Part shown: piece after piece, positions 1 to 12,897 of the stretch
Layout: each line of letters opens with the position of its first letter
Position numbering within the stretch: the first letter of the stretch is position 1
From: the human T2T-CHM13v2.0 reference genome, Homo sapiens
Assembly (NCBI RefSeq): GCF_009914755.1
Contig: NC_060939.1
DNA: 64,000 nucleotides
Strand: one strand, 5' to 3'
Notes under the pieces: model-generated
What the model saw: only the letters and a program-made list of their open reading frames with translations
Told to the model about the DNA's origin: nothing
Databases searched by the model: none
Program-made: the position numbers and the translations under genes

Positions 1-860
1 TGGCCTAGTCCATCCTGATATCCACAGTCTCCTACATGCCATCATGCCACACTTTTGTTTTCTGTTTTCGTTCACTTGAAGAACCACCTTTATCTGTTAC
101 GCAGCTCAACATTCCTGAGAGGGAGGGGACCCCCATTAAGAGACAACAGTCCAATCCCAACATGTGTACCATGTTAAATCAGTGGCAAGAACTAACCAAA
201 GTGTTCCTACTAAGTATCCAGCTACTAAATAAGGTTACAGTTCACTAGATGAAGAATCCAAGAACAAATGACTTCACTACACCTGTGCAAACAATTAACA
301 TGTCGGTCCAGGGGATGGATCCCCTTGGGCATCACAGGTCCTTTTTGACATGATTCATTTTCATAAAGACATTTTATCTTTCTTTATGACAAACATAAAC
401 CCATCAGTTAACAAAAGATGTGTTTTGGGGGAAGGGGTTTTTGTGTATCAGGTCCATAAAAAGGTTAAATTTGGGTTTTTCTGTGCATAAGTGGAAGAAT
501 TCTTATGGACATGGGAAATATGAAATGGAGGGAGGAAATCATTTAGCAAAGAATCCTGGTATGTCTTCTGACCTTTCAATGTGTGAGAATGTGTGTCAAA
601 CAACCTATTTTCAAGGAAGGTCCCAAATGCAAATGAGCAGATGAGTCAGTCTGCAGTCAAATTAGACCCTGCTGTCTTCTGTCAAAGTTCAATAATGTCT
701 GGATTAAGTTAGAACTGCTTACAAGCAAAAGGAGAAAAAGTGGTTTGCCTATCTTTGTAAAATACCTGAAAGGTTTTCAAAACTTTAAAAGGAAAAGTTT
801 ATTTTATTTGAGGTTTATTTTTTTCCCAGGAAGTCGGTAGAGCACAGAAAATACCCGGTA

Positions 861-927
861 TTTGCAGTGAGCCGAGATTGTGCCACTGCACTCCAGCCTG
901 GATGACAGAGTGAGACTCCATCTCAAA

Positions 928-958
<31 letters not shown>
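861..958 (+). mobile_element. Severely 5'-truncated Alu (3' 65 nt plus A/GAAAA tail) with TSD
   Basis: TTGCAGTGAGCCGAGAT...CATCTCAAAA; TSD AGAAAATACCCGGTATT (846-862) vs AGAAAGTACCTGGTATT (959-975). Confidence 0.92.
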
Positions 959-963
<5 letters not shown>

Positions 964-2499
964 GTACCTGGTATTCATTTGTTTGATTTTATATTCTTAC
1001 TTTTTTACAAACTTTCTGTTGGTGATGGTGTGATTTACCCCACGGGGATGAGAGACATTAAGTAATTTGAACATTTTCAATGGCAAATAGAAAAGTAACT
1101 ATTATCTGTTCAAATCGTTCCTTATTTAAAACACTCTACTCTTATTTTTATAGGCTGTGAATGAATATGAAGCAACCGCAACTTCTTAGAGTTTACTGCC
1201 AATCAGTTAACCAGAGCTGGCATGTAGGGTGCAGCGTATAGGAACTCTACGAAAGCTATGCCTAAATTAAGATAATGTATGTTTTGTTCCACTCTCACGG
1301 ATGTTCAATAGTTTAAGACCTCTCCGAAAGTCAACTCTCATTAAAATCAAAATGGAAATCATTAAGAGAAAATTTAAAAATAAAAAGATTTTCAATTTCT
1401 CAAGAGAAAGAGGACACAGAAGAAGAAGAACAAATAAGAATCTCTTTGTAGTAAATGAGCATTATGTTGCTGCATGGCATGAAGCCAAAGGAAGGGAACG
1501 CTCAACTAGAAAGTGGCTCTTCTCAGGGGCTGCCAATCTGAGTCAGCCTGTCCCCAATCACGCAAGCAAGGCCTGCCCACAAAGCACCTAGAGAGGACAG
1601 TGATAACAGAGTGGGTGGAGGGAATACTGACGCTATGGAAAAGGGAGCTTTCTCCCTGTGAGTGCAGATGTGTTGTGTTTGCCCATCCAGTATCCCTTCC
1701 CCTTCTCTGCTAACCAAACTCTTCGTTTCCTAAGCCCATTCCACATGGTTCAGGCAGGACTAACACATGGCTCAGTCCTGACCAGCTGGAGTGTCCTATT
1801 TCTTTGGCGACAGTGAAGGGCGTGTGACTGGGGCAGTGCTGGAGTTCTCCGCGAGATCTGACATGAGCAATCTGGAAAAGAGGGCTTATCTCTTTACCTC
1901 TGAGATTATGTGTTGAAAGGCAGTGTGGCTAAGAATTGTAGGTGGTCATCTGGGCTACCCAATTATAACCAAATCCTTACTCCAACAGAGGCAATTAAAG
2001 CACATTTCAAGAATAGCGCACCACCTTGCCATGAAACAATTCTAACTCCCAGGGTATCTCTGCACTGCTGCCAAAGAGAATGGTTTTCAACCCAGTCTTT
2101 CCATTTACTAAAATTTAAATTCTTTTCACAAAGTATCTTTTTAAAAAATGTGCTAATCAGGAAAGAGGCAAGGCCTATTTGACAGATCTGCCAGTTAAAA
2201 AATGCAAACTTTTTTGGAAGAGTTGAGGGGGTGCATATTAATAAGGAATAATATTTAGTAAGTTTGTTTCCCAATGAAGACAACACAATTTAGGGAAAGA
2301 GAAAATTTAAAAATAAAAACTTATCCCCAAACTGCCTTTAAGTATAACCAGATCTCCACAGATATAGTAAGTCCATTAAAATTACACTTTTGAACATTTT
2401 AAAATTCAGGTTTGCCTCCTGTTTCTTAATATAATCATTTCTATGATGAGAAAGTGGAGACTGTGGTATCCAGATAGGTATGATTATCTAGATTTTTGC

Positions 2500-2776
2500 T
2501 TTAGCCATAAAAAACAGCCTCTTTGGATGACTCTCTGCCTCATTTTCCTTATCTGTAACAGCATTATAATCATTCTCATCATCATAGCTAAACATGTCAG
2601 GCATAGTACTAAGAACTTGAAATGTACCATCCCATTAAATCTTAGGACAACACAGAAAGATGAGTAATTTAATCGCATTTACAAGTGAAGAAACTGAGGC
2701 CCAGAGAGGTCAAATCACTCGTCTGAGGTTTCCTCCTAGAAGGTGGTGGAGCCAGGGTTTGACCCAAAGCATGTCT
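2500..2776. mobile_element. Two MIR fragments in opposite orientation
   Basis: CTCTCTGCCTCATTTTCCTTATCTGTAA (+ core) and TTTACAAGTGAAGAAACTGAGGCCCAGAGAGG (- core). Confidence 0.75.
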
Positions 2777-5032
2777 ATTTCCACACTTCCAAACCTCCCT
2801 GAAAGTGTGGCCAAAGGTTATTAGTGATCATTGAAAATGACTCCTTGGTCCTTTAAAATATGGTCCCACAATCAATACCAGTATACCCCACTACCCACAG
2901 CCAGGCTCAAATAGGAAATAGTGTGAGGTAATTATAACATATACCCCAGCCACTAGCTCTGGGTTTTTATGACCAAACTGCCAAACATTCCTAGCCAACT
3001 CTTCAGGAAATGTTCAGGCACTTTCTCAGATTCCAGCTAAAACACCGACTATGTGACCCTGGGGAGCACAGAGCTCACAGGGTGGTAATGGGATATAAAA
3101 TTTGCAAACTTGAGGTCAGTGGCCTCAACTCTGGGGTGTGAAGCACCAGCAGTCCATGAAAGATTAAAAAACTATTTGTCTACTTAAAGGCTGCACATCA
3201 AGTCCTTCACTGAAAAGCATTTGCCTACATCTCCTCAGACATTAACCCCATCAGAAAGGGAGAGAAAGATATTCCAAATGGCAGTTCTGCCTAGAATCAT
3301 TGGAAAAAAAGATAATAATATCAACAAGCCCAAGACAGGGTGTTCATTCTGAAAATGAAGCATTGGGTCCTATTCAAACGCAGCTAATGCTCATAACATA
3401 GTTGTCACTTGGAGTAGGCAGATGTTTTACAGTATTACTAGGTGAGATGATATGGAGGAAAACACAAGAATTTAAGAATTTTTTTCTTTCTTTAGCATGT
3501 TTATTACATAAACTCTTAATGTATAGTTTGGATAACTGAGCCAGCAAGTTACACAACAAGAAACCAAGCTTAATCACAGACCCAGAACTGCCTTAGTTGA
3601 TCCCAGGTCATTTGACTCTTTGACTGCCAATTAGAAGTGTGAGTATGTGTGTGGTGGAGGGTTGCGGGGAGGAGTCATGCTTCCGATTCCCGGAGAAGAC
3701 TATTTCTCTTTTTCCAACCACCTGACTGATACCCTCATTGACAACTACCTCCCTCAAAAAGTCCCATCCCACCCAATCCTTTCTAATGTGGAGGTTCCCA
3801 CTGAGAGCAGGGTAGTACTGAGGATCTAAAACTCTGCTACAGTATCACCCCTTCAGGGCTGACCGCTGAGAGAGTAATCACACTGCCTAAGATCAAATAA
3901 ATGAGAGAAAGAAAACACCCATGCCCACAGGATTGATAAGGTTTGGTTATTTCAAGTATAGCAGAGAACTTGCAGATACCAGTCCACCTCTTGAGGGTGT
4001 GAACACAAAGAGGCCCAATCTATTACCCAACAACGCGCCTCTTAGGTCAGCTCTCGCTACCACGTGACTCAGCTTCCACACCTACGAACCGGAGAGGAAA
4101 ATAAGCACCTTGAGCACTTGTTCCTGGACCTTCTCTGGGCCTCAGTTTCAGTATTTATACATTTCTAAAATCTGTCCTACTATAACTAATTTATAATATG
4201 AATTTTTCTAAAGATGGATGGTCTGGCTATGGAAGAAGATATAAGCCATAATTTCAATGGCAAAAATAAAAGCATTTAAAAATAAGAAGGTCCTTTAAAA
4301 GTTATTCATCAAAGGCCCAAACCTATTAGGGTCTGATTACACAATCTTACAAATTAGCACTGAATGAACAGGGGAAATGATACACAATAAACCATTAGTT
4401 ACAAGAAGCAGAATGCATCAAACTTTACATAGTACCATATACACAGGTGCATACCAGACAATGGATTAACCTGCTTTTCCACTGCATTCCTCTAAATGTT
4501 TTCATACGAATCTTTTCTGGCATCCAAGTGTCTTTCTTTTATGTCCTGACTCTCCTCCATAAGCTCTCTGTCCCCTAAAAGAGGCTGATTAAGGCCACAG
4601 GTCGCCTGGTCCCAATGCTGCCGGGAGTGAAGGGGTTGTCATCAATCTCTTTCAAAACCCAGCATCTGCTCTGTCCAGCCTAGGTCCACTGGCTGGCAAG
4701 ACTTTCACTCCAGAACCTTCTCCCAGCTCTCTCCTCCTGCTTCCCTCAGGCTTTCTCCTTCCTTCCCCTAACAAAAACCTTAACCCTGTTTTGCTTTTTG
4801 AACACCCCAATGTTCCCAGGTAAAAATTTTGTATTTTACTTAGACCTTGTTTACTTTTCTTAAGGTTTTAACTCTCATTTGATATTCCTATCCTCCCTAT
4901 TTTATTTGCAGCACAGCTTATGAAATTACTTACAAAAAGAAGATGAAACAATGATGATGAAGAAAAAGAAGAAAAGGAAAAGATGGCAACAAAGAAGGAG
5001 AAACAGAACCGGAAAAGGAAGAAGAAGAAACC

Positions 5033-5050
5033 AAAAAAAAAAAAAAAAAA

Positions 5051-5095
<45 letters not shown>
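5033..5095. repeat. A18 plus (CA)22 compound microsatellite, after a GAA/purine-rich tract
   Basis: Read directly. Confidence 0.97.
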
Positions 5096-5102
<7 letters not shown>

Positions 5103-6216
5103 ACCCTGCCTCTGGAATACATTGTCTTTATTAATAAAGATATTACCATACTTCAGTTCAAAACCATGAAACTTGACAGCAGACAATGTGTCTTTAGGGC
5201 AGACATAAATCCTGTCTCCCAACACCAACATCATAAAATGGTTGTACTATATTTGGACTTAGATGTGTTTGGATACTTATATTTGAATGTAAGTATGACT
5301 GATGGTCTAGGAATTCATAATCCTTCAAAATGTTGAACTAAACCACTTGTTTAATGGAGCAGTTCTCCCACTCTGAGCCTGCTTGCTGTCTGGAATACAT
5401 CTCCGGCTGGGAATGGTGGAGATAGGGATTTTTGCTTTCTCTCTTCCGCTCTGAGGGAGCTGAATAAATAGAGTCAGTGATAACTTCAACCAAAAAAAAG
5501 TCACTTAAGTTGAAAAAGTGGTAGTCACAAGAAATTTAAATCTAGGATTTGATATAGTATAAGACACCCACAATGCAAACTTGACTATATTCCTAATCCA
5601 ATTTTATTCTATTGATAATGTGGCTACTCCATTTATAAGAAAAATAGTACAGTTCAGCTCATTACAACACCAATTCTATTAGCAACTGCAACCTATTTTT
5701 ACTTATTAGTATAACCCCTAATTTAAAAAATTGAGGTGGATTACACCAACAGATACATACATTTGAGGCTATAAATAGAAATTGAAAATAAAATTCCATA
5801 CAGAAGAAAGTTAAAACATACCAAAGTTAATAAATTAGAGTGATTGCCCATTAAATTTATTTCATGTATAATCTTAAAAGCTGATTTTCTTAAAAGCAAA
5901 TGGAAAATGGTTAGATGTTTTGAAATTCTCATATTTGAATAAAACAAAACATACTGCTTCATTAGGAACTTTCATTTTATTCCTGACAGTTGTGAGTTCT
6001 TTAAATGCAGAACTGTGGACAAACTAAGATCAATGCCCTAACATGAATCTAACAGAACATGCAAACACAATATTTATGGAGCTTTTTCATTCTGAAGTTA
6101 CAGCAGCAAAATACAATGAGGCATCCTCAGTAGAGAACTAAGCCAACTGAACTTGATCAAGTTAGAATTAAAACTTAAAGTATCTGATTAGCCTTCTCAA
6201 AGATCTATTGCCTCAC

Positions 6217-7118
6217 AGTGGTAGCTGGTCTCCAAAGATGGCTCCACTTTCTCCCCTCCCAGCAGACACATGATGCTCCTCACATCCAAAGGTAGGTCTT
6301 AATAGTCCATGCCCTTCAATCTGGATGAGGCCTATGACTTGGATGGAATTCCAGGTCATGCGATTCCAGGCTAAGTTTGAAGAAAGTCTGGTAGTTCCCA
6401 CTTTTGTGCTCTTGAGAGATCCTGAACTGCCATGGAAAAAGTCTGGCTATGCTGCTCTAAAGACCATGTAGAGAGGCCACGTATAGAAAGGGGACAACCT
6501 GAGACTATATAAAGGAGAATCAAGGAAGCCAGGCAATGTCGAGGACATATGAGTCCATGTGACCCCAGCCAGCCAGCCCCCAGCCCTTCGAGTTAGCCTA
6601 CGGTCAATATGTGGGATTAACACATGTGACCAGGGTCAGGAGGCTGTTGTTCAAGATCCAGCCCCAACAGACACTCACTCTGAGCAAGGCCTAGTCGCTG
6701 CATCTGGGGCTCAGTCTCCCCATTTGAAAAAAAACACATTCAATGGCTCCATCCCGGGGGCAGGTTCAGGCAGGAGACTGCATGAGAGACAGCTTTAAAA
6801 CTTGGAAGGCCCCCAGCAGAGCCAGACAAGTGGCTCTTTGCTTCCTTTATTCCCCTCCTCAGTGGGTCCATTTAGATAAACCACACCCAAGTAAACAGGG
6901 CTGCAGGCGCCAGTGCCTGGTCACAGAACCAGATGCATATGTGAAGAAGTCATACTGCCTGTTCCAGCCCAACTGACATTGTGGGGCGCAGAGACAAGAT
7001 TCCCCACTGTGTCCTGTCTAAATTCCTGAGCCACAGAATCATGAGAAAGAATAAAATTGTTGTTTTAAGCCACGAAGTCTGGGGCAATTTGTTACGTAGC
7101 AATAAAATAACTCAAACA
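6217..7118 (+). mobile_element. MLT1-family (ERVL-MaLR) solo LTR
   Basis: GTGGTAG...AAAGATGGC start and TTGTTTTAAGCCAC...TTGTTACGTAGCAATA end; 5-bp TSD CTCAC at 6212-6216 and 7119-7123. Confidence 0.8.
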
Positions 7119-8016
7119 CTCACAAATGAAAATACTTTGTTTCATGGTAGTAGAGGGCCTAGGCCTGATCTCGTTTCCCTTTATTTTCTCTTTATGGTGC
7201 TACAATGACTTCGTGTATGGTAAGTTTGAATATATATGGAGGTGGGAGCATTCTAGGTCCTCCTCGCCTTTGTCTTTCACAACCAACTAGTCAAGTACTG
7301 TCTGCATTAACTCTGGAACCACCTGAGTCTCTTCTTTCTTCACCCCTTTCACTGAATTTGCTCAGACCATCGTGGACTCTCACTGTGACTCCTATATTAG
7401 CCTCCTAAATCCAAATCTCCCTGTCTTTAGTCTCTCTTCTCTCTAATCATCTACCCTTCACACCTCTACCCAGTGGCAAAGATCTGATCATGTTCCTATC
7501 TTAGAATCCTTTACTAGCTCCCCGTCCTTGCCTTTCACAACATCAGTGACATTTATATTTCCACTAGTCCCTCTCCTTTCCCTAACAACATTGCCACCTA
7601 TGTACGGGCTCACAAGATTGCTCAAGGTTGCAAACTGCACAGCTCCAGAGGGCACTCGTTTCATAGACTGCACTACAAACCATGTCACTTGGAACCATGC
7701 CGTGCCAACCCTGCCCAACTGCAGTCAATGTCCTAAGACCTCAGACACTTCATATCCCTTTCCCTTGATGTATTTTTCACTCATCTTTCCTTTATTTCTC
7801 AGCTATACTTACTCCAAGCTCTAGTCTATATAATTAACCATACCCAGTTAATCAGCTCATCAAAATTGCTCAGAGTTCAACTATCAAAAACTATTCTATT
7901 GAACATGTGCCGCATACCCAGTTCCTAGATGTTCCTAGAGATAAATAAAACAAGCAAGATCTCTGCCTTCAAGGAGTTCTCACTCCTAGTAGACAGTCAC
8001 TTTTTATCACGTAGAT

Positions 8017-8392
<376 letters not shown>

Positions 8393-8594
8393 TAATAGAC
8401 TTTCACTGTAAAGTCACTTCTGATCAATCCCATTCCCACAATGATGCTTCCCTTGGCTTGTAACAGCATCTGCCATCAATAAATGTTGAGTCTTTCCACA
8501 TAGCAATGGTGGGAGAAGATTCTTGGGAAACGAAGGTATAAAAGGTATGAAAGAAAAAAATTTACCAGCTACAAGATTTATTATAACTGTAAAG

Positions 8595-8790
8595 CAGTAA
8601 AATATTAAGATTAAGAGCTCCAGCTATGAAGCTAGATTTTCCAACTCTACCACTTACTAGTTTATGTCCCTGGAGTAATTACTGAAACTCTGCATCCCTT
8701 GTTTCTTCATTTGTTAAATGAATAAATAAGCTTAATTTTCCTCATAAAGGATTTATGTTTTAAAGGAATTAGTATTTGCAAAGTACAATC
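8595..8790 (+). mobile_element. MIR
   Basis: CTCTACCACTTACTAG...TTTCTTCATTTGTTAAATG core. Confidence 0.65.
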
Positions 8791-9409
8791 ATAAGTGATA
8801 CATCAGAGCTTTTTTTTTTTTTTTTACCATTATGGCTGCAATTTAATGTAAAAAATTGGGCTGAGTTTACAGGCAACCAAGGTTAAAAAATGAAAAAGAA
8901 ATAATTAAATAACTCATATGACTGGTCGTGATTTAAGACACATACCAATTTCCACTGGAAAGAGAAATACTTCTTGCAACCCTATTCAGAGAGATTTCTC
9001 ACAGGGGACATGACAGCAAGAGGGTTCTGAACAACATAAACAGCAATGCCTCCAGCTCAGAAGCCCACACAACGCCCAGCAGGCTGCCTGCAATGGTTAC
9101 CTACCACCCTCACACAAGTCAAGGTCTAATATTAAAATATAATACGCTGTCCAAAGTCCCACTGGCTCTAACATCCTATGATTCTTTCTGTTTTATTAAT
9201 GTCTTTGCAGAAAGTTTCTTGTTGGACTAAATAATACTGTGTGATTAACCATACTTAGGATTTGTGAACTAGCATGAAAGAATATTAGGAATTTTAAGTG
9301 GAATTTTACCAATGTCTTGGGCCTGCATTTTTGTCTGGTGGAATGAAAAACCAAAACCATAACTAAAATTAATGGAGAAAGAAAAGTTAACGTTAAGTTT
9401 TGTCTTTAG

Positions 9410-9600
9410 AACTTAACCTCTGCATACCTCGGCTCTCACATCTGTGAAGGGAAGCTTATGAAAGCACCCAGCTTGTAGAGTGGCTATGAGGATTCAATGA
9501 ATTATCATATGCAAAACAGTAAGAACAGTGCTTAGCAACATATAGTGCTTAGTAACATATAGATGTTACCTAAATGTTACCTACCATGGCTGCAATTGTT
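9410..9600 (+). mobile_element. MIR
   Basis: ACTTAACCTCTG...CACATCTGTGAAGGG...ATGAGGATTCAATGA...AGAACAGTGCTTAGCA. Confidence 0.7.
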
Positions 9601-11859
9601 ATTATGTATTTGTTTAGACTTAATACCAGACCCCCTTTCCAGGGACGCTGTCCTTCTGTGCACTCACGGTTCCTGAAGTACCCCCAGGGTTATGGGGTAT
9701 ATGTCTCTGGCCTTCCACAGAACTAAACTCAAGCTAGCATTCAATCAAGACTTCCTGAATTAATGAACTTTCTGAAACCCCACTTAATGATGAGTTAGTG
9801 GTAAAATGCTTATAATAGGATTCTTGTCTTCAATGATTTAACTATCTAATGAGAAAATCGACTTGAACAATCATGAAACGCTAAACTATCATGTGCCTGA
9901 GTTAGGCCACATAACTCAGGCCTGATATATTATTGATGTCGGTTTCTTCAAAGAATCTCATGGGAAAAAATTCTAAGTTGCTTAAGCAGGCCCATTTGCT
10001 GGGTTCATGTTTAAAAACAAAGAAATTGTTAAAAGAATGTATTTCTCTTTCAAGAAAACATTTGTAAAATCTTATTTTCACATTGAAAATAAAGCTAAAA
10101 CTCCCAAAGTGGTTAGGCTGATTGGCTTACTGGAAGAAAAAGCCAACAAACTGGTACATGAATACTCTAATAATTTTTTAGTATTTTGCTTGATTAGAGT
10201 CATCAGTATAATACTATAATTTTTAAAGTATATGCTACACAAGACGATAAAGGAACATTTTAATATTCTTTAAAATTCCAAATAAGGTTGAAGGGAAGTC
10301 TGTACTCCATTTCCATCAGCTCTCATCTCATTTCACCATAGGCTGATGTATGTTTTAATTAATTTGTATTACCAACTTACACATTTTTATAAACAACCTC
10401 TATGTCTTCAATGTTACAAAATGAGTCACATAAATAAATATTTTGTCTCTACCTTCTTGTTTCATGTGTGGAATTGCTGAAATCTTCTATTTAAGAACAC
10501 TATATCCTTTTTTAAAAAAAAATTGTGTCCCAATATTTTAGCTTAATCTTTTCAATAAATGTAAACCATACCCCTGCAGGAGTCTTTCCCCATATTTAAT
10601 TATTAGCCCATCTGACTTCAGGTGAAGTCTTAAAGTCCCCTTTATAAAGTAAAATGGACTTTATAAAGTCTACAGAACTTTTTCTGTATTCCCTATTACA
10701 GTTCTTTATTTTAATAACAGACTTCTACATAACTAATCCCTTGGAGTTTGCCATCACATAATCTACCATGGGTATGAACTGTTCCATGTGTATTTTTCTG
10801 GCAACAAGACCTCTGGAAAAAAATAAACAAATAAACAAAGACCAAAAGGAATCACACACAAGGGGACAAATTGTGTCAAATACAACTGGTCTCATGTACC
10901 TATAAACCACACAACAAGGGCAGAAGTCTCAATCCATCTTCTCCAAGGTTTGGGAAAGGAGATCTCACTGTGAAGAACTTTTCCCCCTTTGACAGGAAAC
11001 AGTAATATTTCCTTACTTGGGAGCTAAAGCAATAAGGCAATCATAAATAAATGGTGCATAACTATTGCTATTCAAGTACAGTTGAGTTTTTTTTTTTTGG
11101 ACTGTCTCCCACACTTTTTGCCTAATCACCATTTAGAGTTTAGCTGAGAAAAATTCCCATGAATTGAAAGTCAAACAAATAGCGTTATGATTTTATTATT
11201 TTTCATAAACCCATTTCACATATCAAGCAATGCCCAAGGAAAAGAAAACTACTATACATTTATTATTTCACGTGGTTTTGAAACTTGAACAAATCTCATT
11301 TGAAAATAGAGAAAAATGCAATTTTTGCAGAGTAGATGGGGACCACACTGATTCCATTTTTAAAAAAGGATTTCCTGTAAAAACAGAAATTGGCAATTTA
11401 CTCTAAGAAAACACAGCAGAAGCTGGGAAGAAACTTGAGGATGCCTAAATTTCCACTGTGGAACAACTTTTGCTGCCCAGTGGGGAGAGAATAAAAAAAA
11501 AAAAGAACACCTGCAACAGGGGGGGAGGAGAGGAAGACAAGCTGGGACTGCACATCCAGTGAGCAGAAAATGAGGCAGTTTTCTAATCTAGGAAGAGAGG
11601 GAGCTGACAAGAAAGGAATATATATGCATTTGAAGAATACCAAGGCGGATTTTGTAGTCACCTGCCACATCAGAGAAAAACAAGAAGGCAGTATTTGCTG
11701 GGGAGAAGGAACCAGTGCACAGCAGATACTGATGAGTTTAAGGTACCTTTTAACTAGAGGAAAGATTAGTGAGGTGCTGAAAGTTGCTGCCACCAACTGG
11801 GCATCAGGCAGACTCGGGGGTTACAAATCACTTTCACTTCATAAACTGTGCATCTCCAA

Positions 11860-11881
11860 TCAGAATGGTAAACAGGTTTCA
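11860..11881 (-). CDS. FBN1: Candidate alternative terminal exon of FBN1, coding part (G)ETCLPF*
   Basis: Minus-strand CTCACCTCTTTGACTACAG|T GAA ACC TGT TTA CCA TTC TGA. AG at 11883-11882, branch-like CTCAC at 11900-11896, downstream AATAAA at 11264-11259 and 11197-11192. Confidence 0.55.
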
Positions 11882-12294
11882 CTGTAGTCAAAGAGGTGAG
11901 TTTTGAAGCCGGTAATATTTTAACAGACAAAAACAGAAATTTTAAGCAATAACTGGAAAAATGTAGTACATAACTGCTTTTTCTGATGATTTATACAGCA
12001 GGGCACCGTTAAAGGATTTATTCATATGAGACTGTAACGGCAATAAGCAGAGGGAATAAATTTAAAATGTTATTCAAATTTAACATAAGAATTGGGGTTT
12101 GCTTAAAATCTATGGGAAAGACTTTGATCCAGCAATTCTATTTTTACTAATTTATACCACATATAAACACGTGTATGTAAACACAGGTATGCAGAAGAAA
12201 GTTGGTAATAGCAAAAGACTCAATGTAATCTAAAGAGCCATCACTAGGGAACTGTTCCAGTGACATAATGAGGTTCTATACAACAAGAAAATGG

Positions 12295-12607
<313 letters not shown>

Positions 12608-12862
12608 TTAATAGATGGATGCATTAAAGATACATAAAAAGTAAGTAAAGTTCAGAATATTGCATGTACAATACATTCCATGTATTAAAAAGGATACACA
12701 CACACATGTGTATGTATACATATATATTTGTGTTTATTTGTACATGTATACATATGCCTAAAAGATTTATAGAAAAATACACAAGAAAATGGTCTCTGAA
12801 AGGTGGCAGGGAAATACTTTTAATTGTATATATTTTTAAATTATTATTTTCACCCCCGTGTA

Positions 12863-12897
<35 letters not shown>
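12863..12897. repeat. (TG)n(TA)n microsatellite
   Basis: Read directly. Confidence 0.95.

Noticed and set aside
4868-5336. Lys-, His/Thr- and Cys/Val-rich ORFs
   Set aside because: Translations of poly-A and (CA)n microsatellites.
11860-11874. C-terminal CLPF as a CaaX prenylation motif
   Set aside because: The peptide would enter the ER lumen via its signal peptide, away from cytosolic prenyltransferases, and Pro at a2 is unfavourable.
11398-11887. 132-aa (-) and 105-aa (+) ORFs in the candidate terminal exon
   Set aside because: No recognisable homology and alternative starts; the minus ORF lies downstream of the ETCLPF stop, i.e. in the putative 3' UTR.
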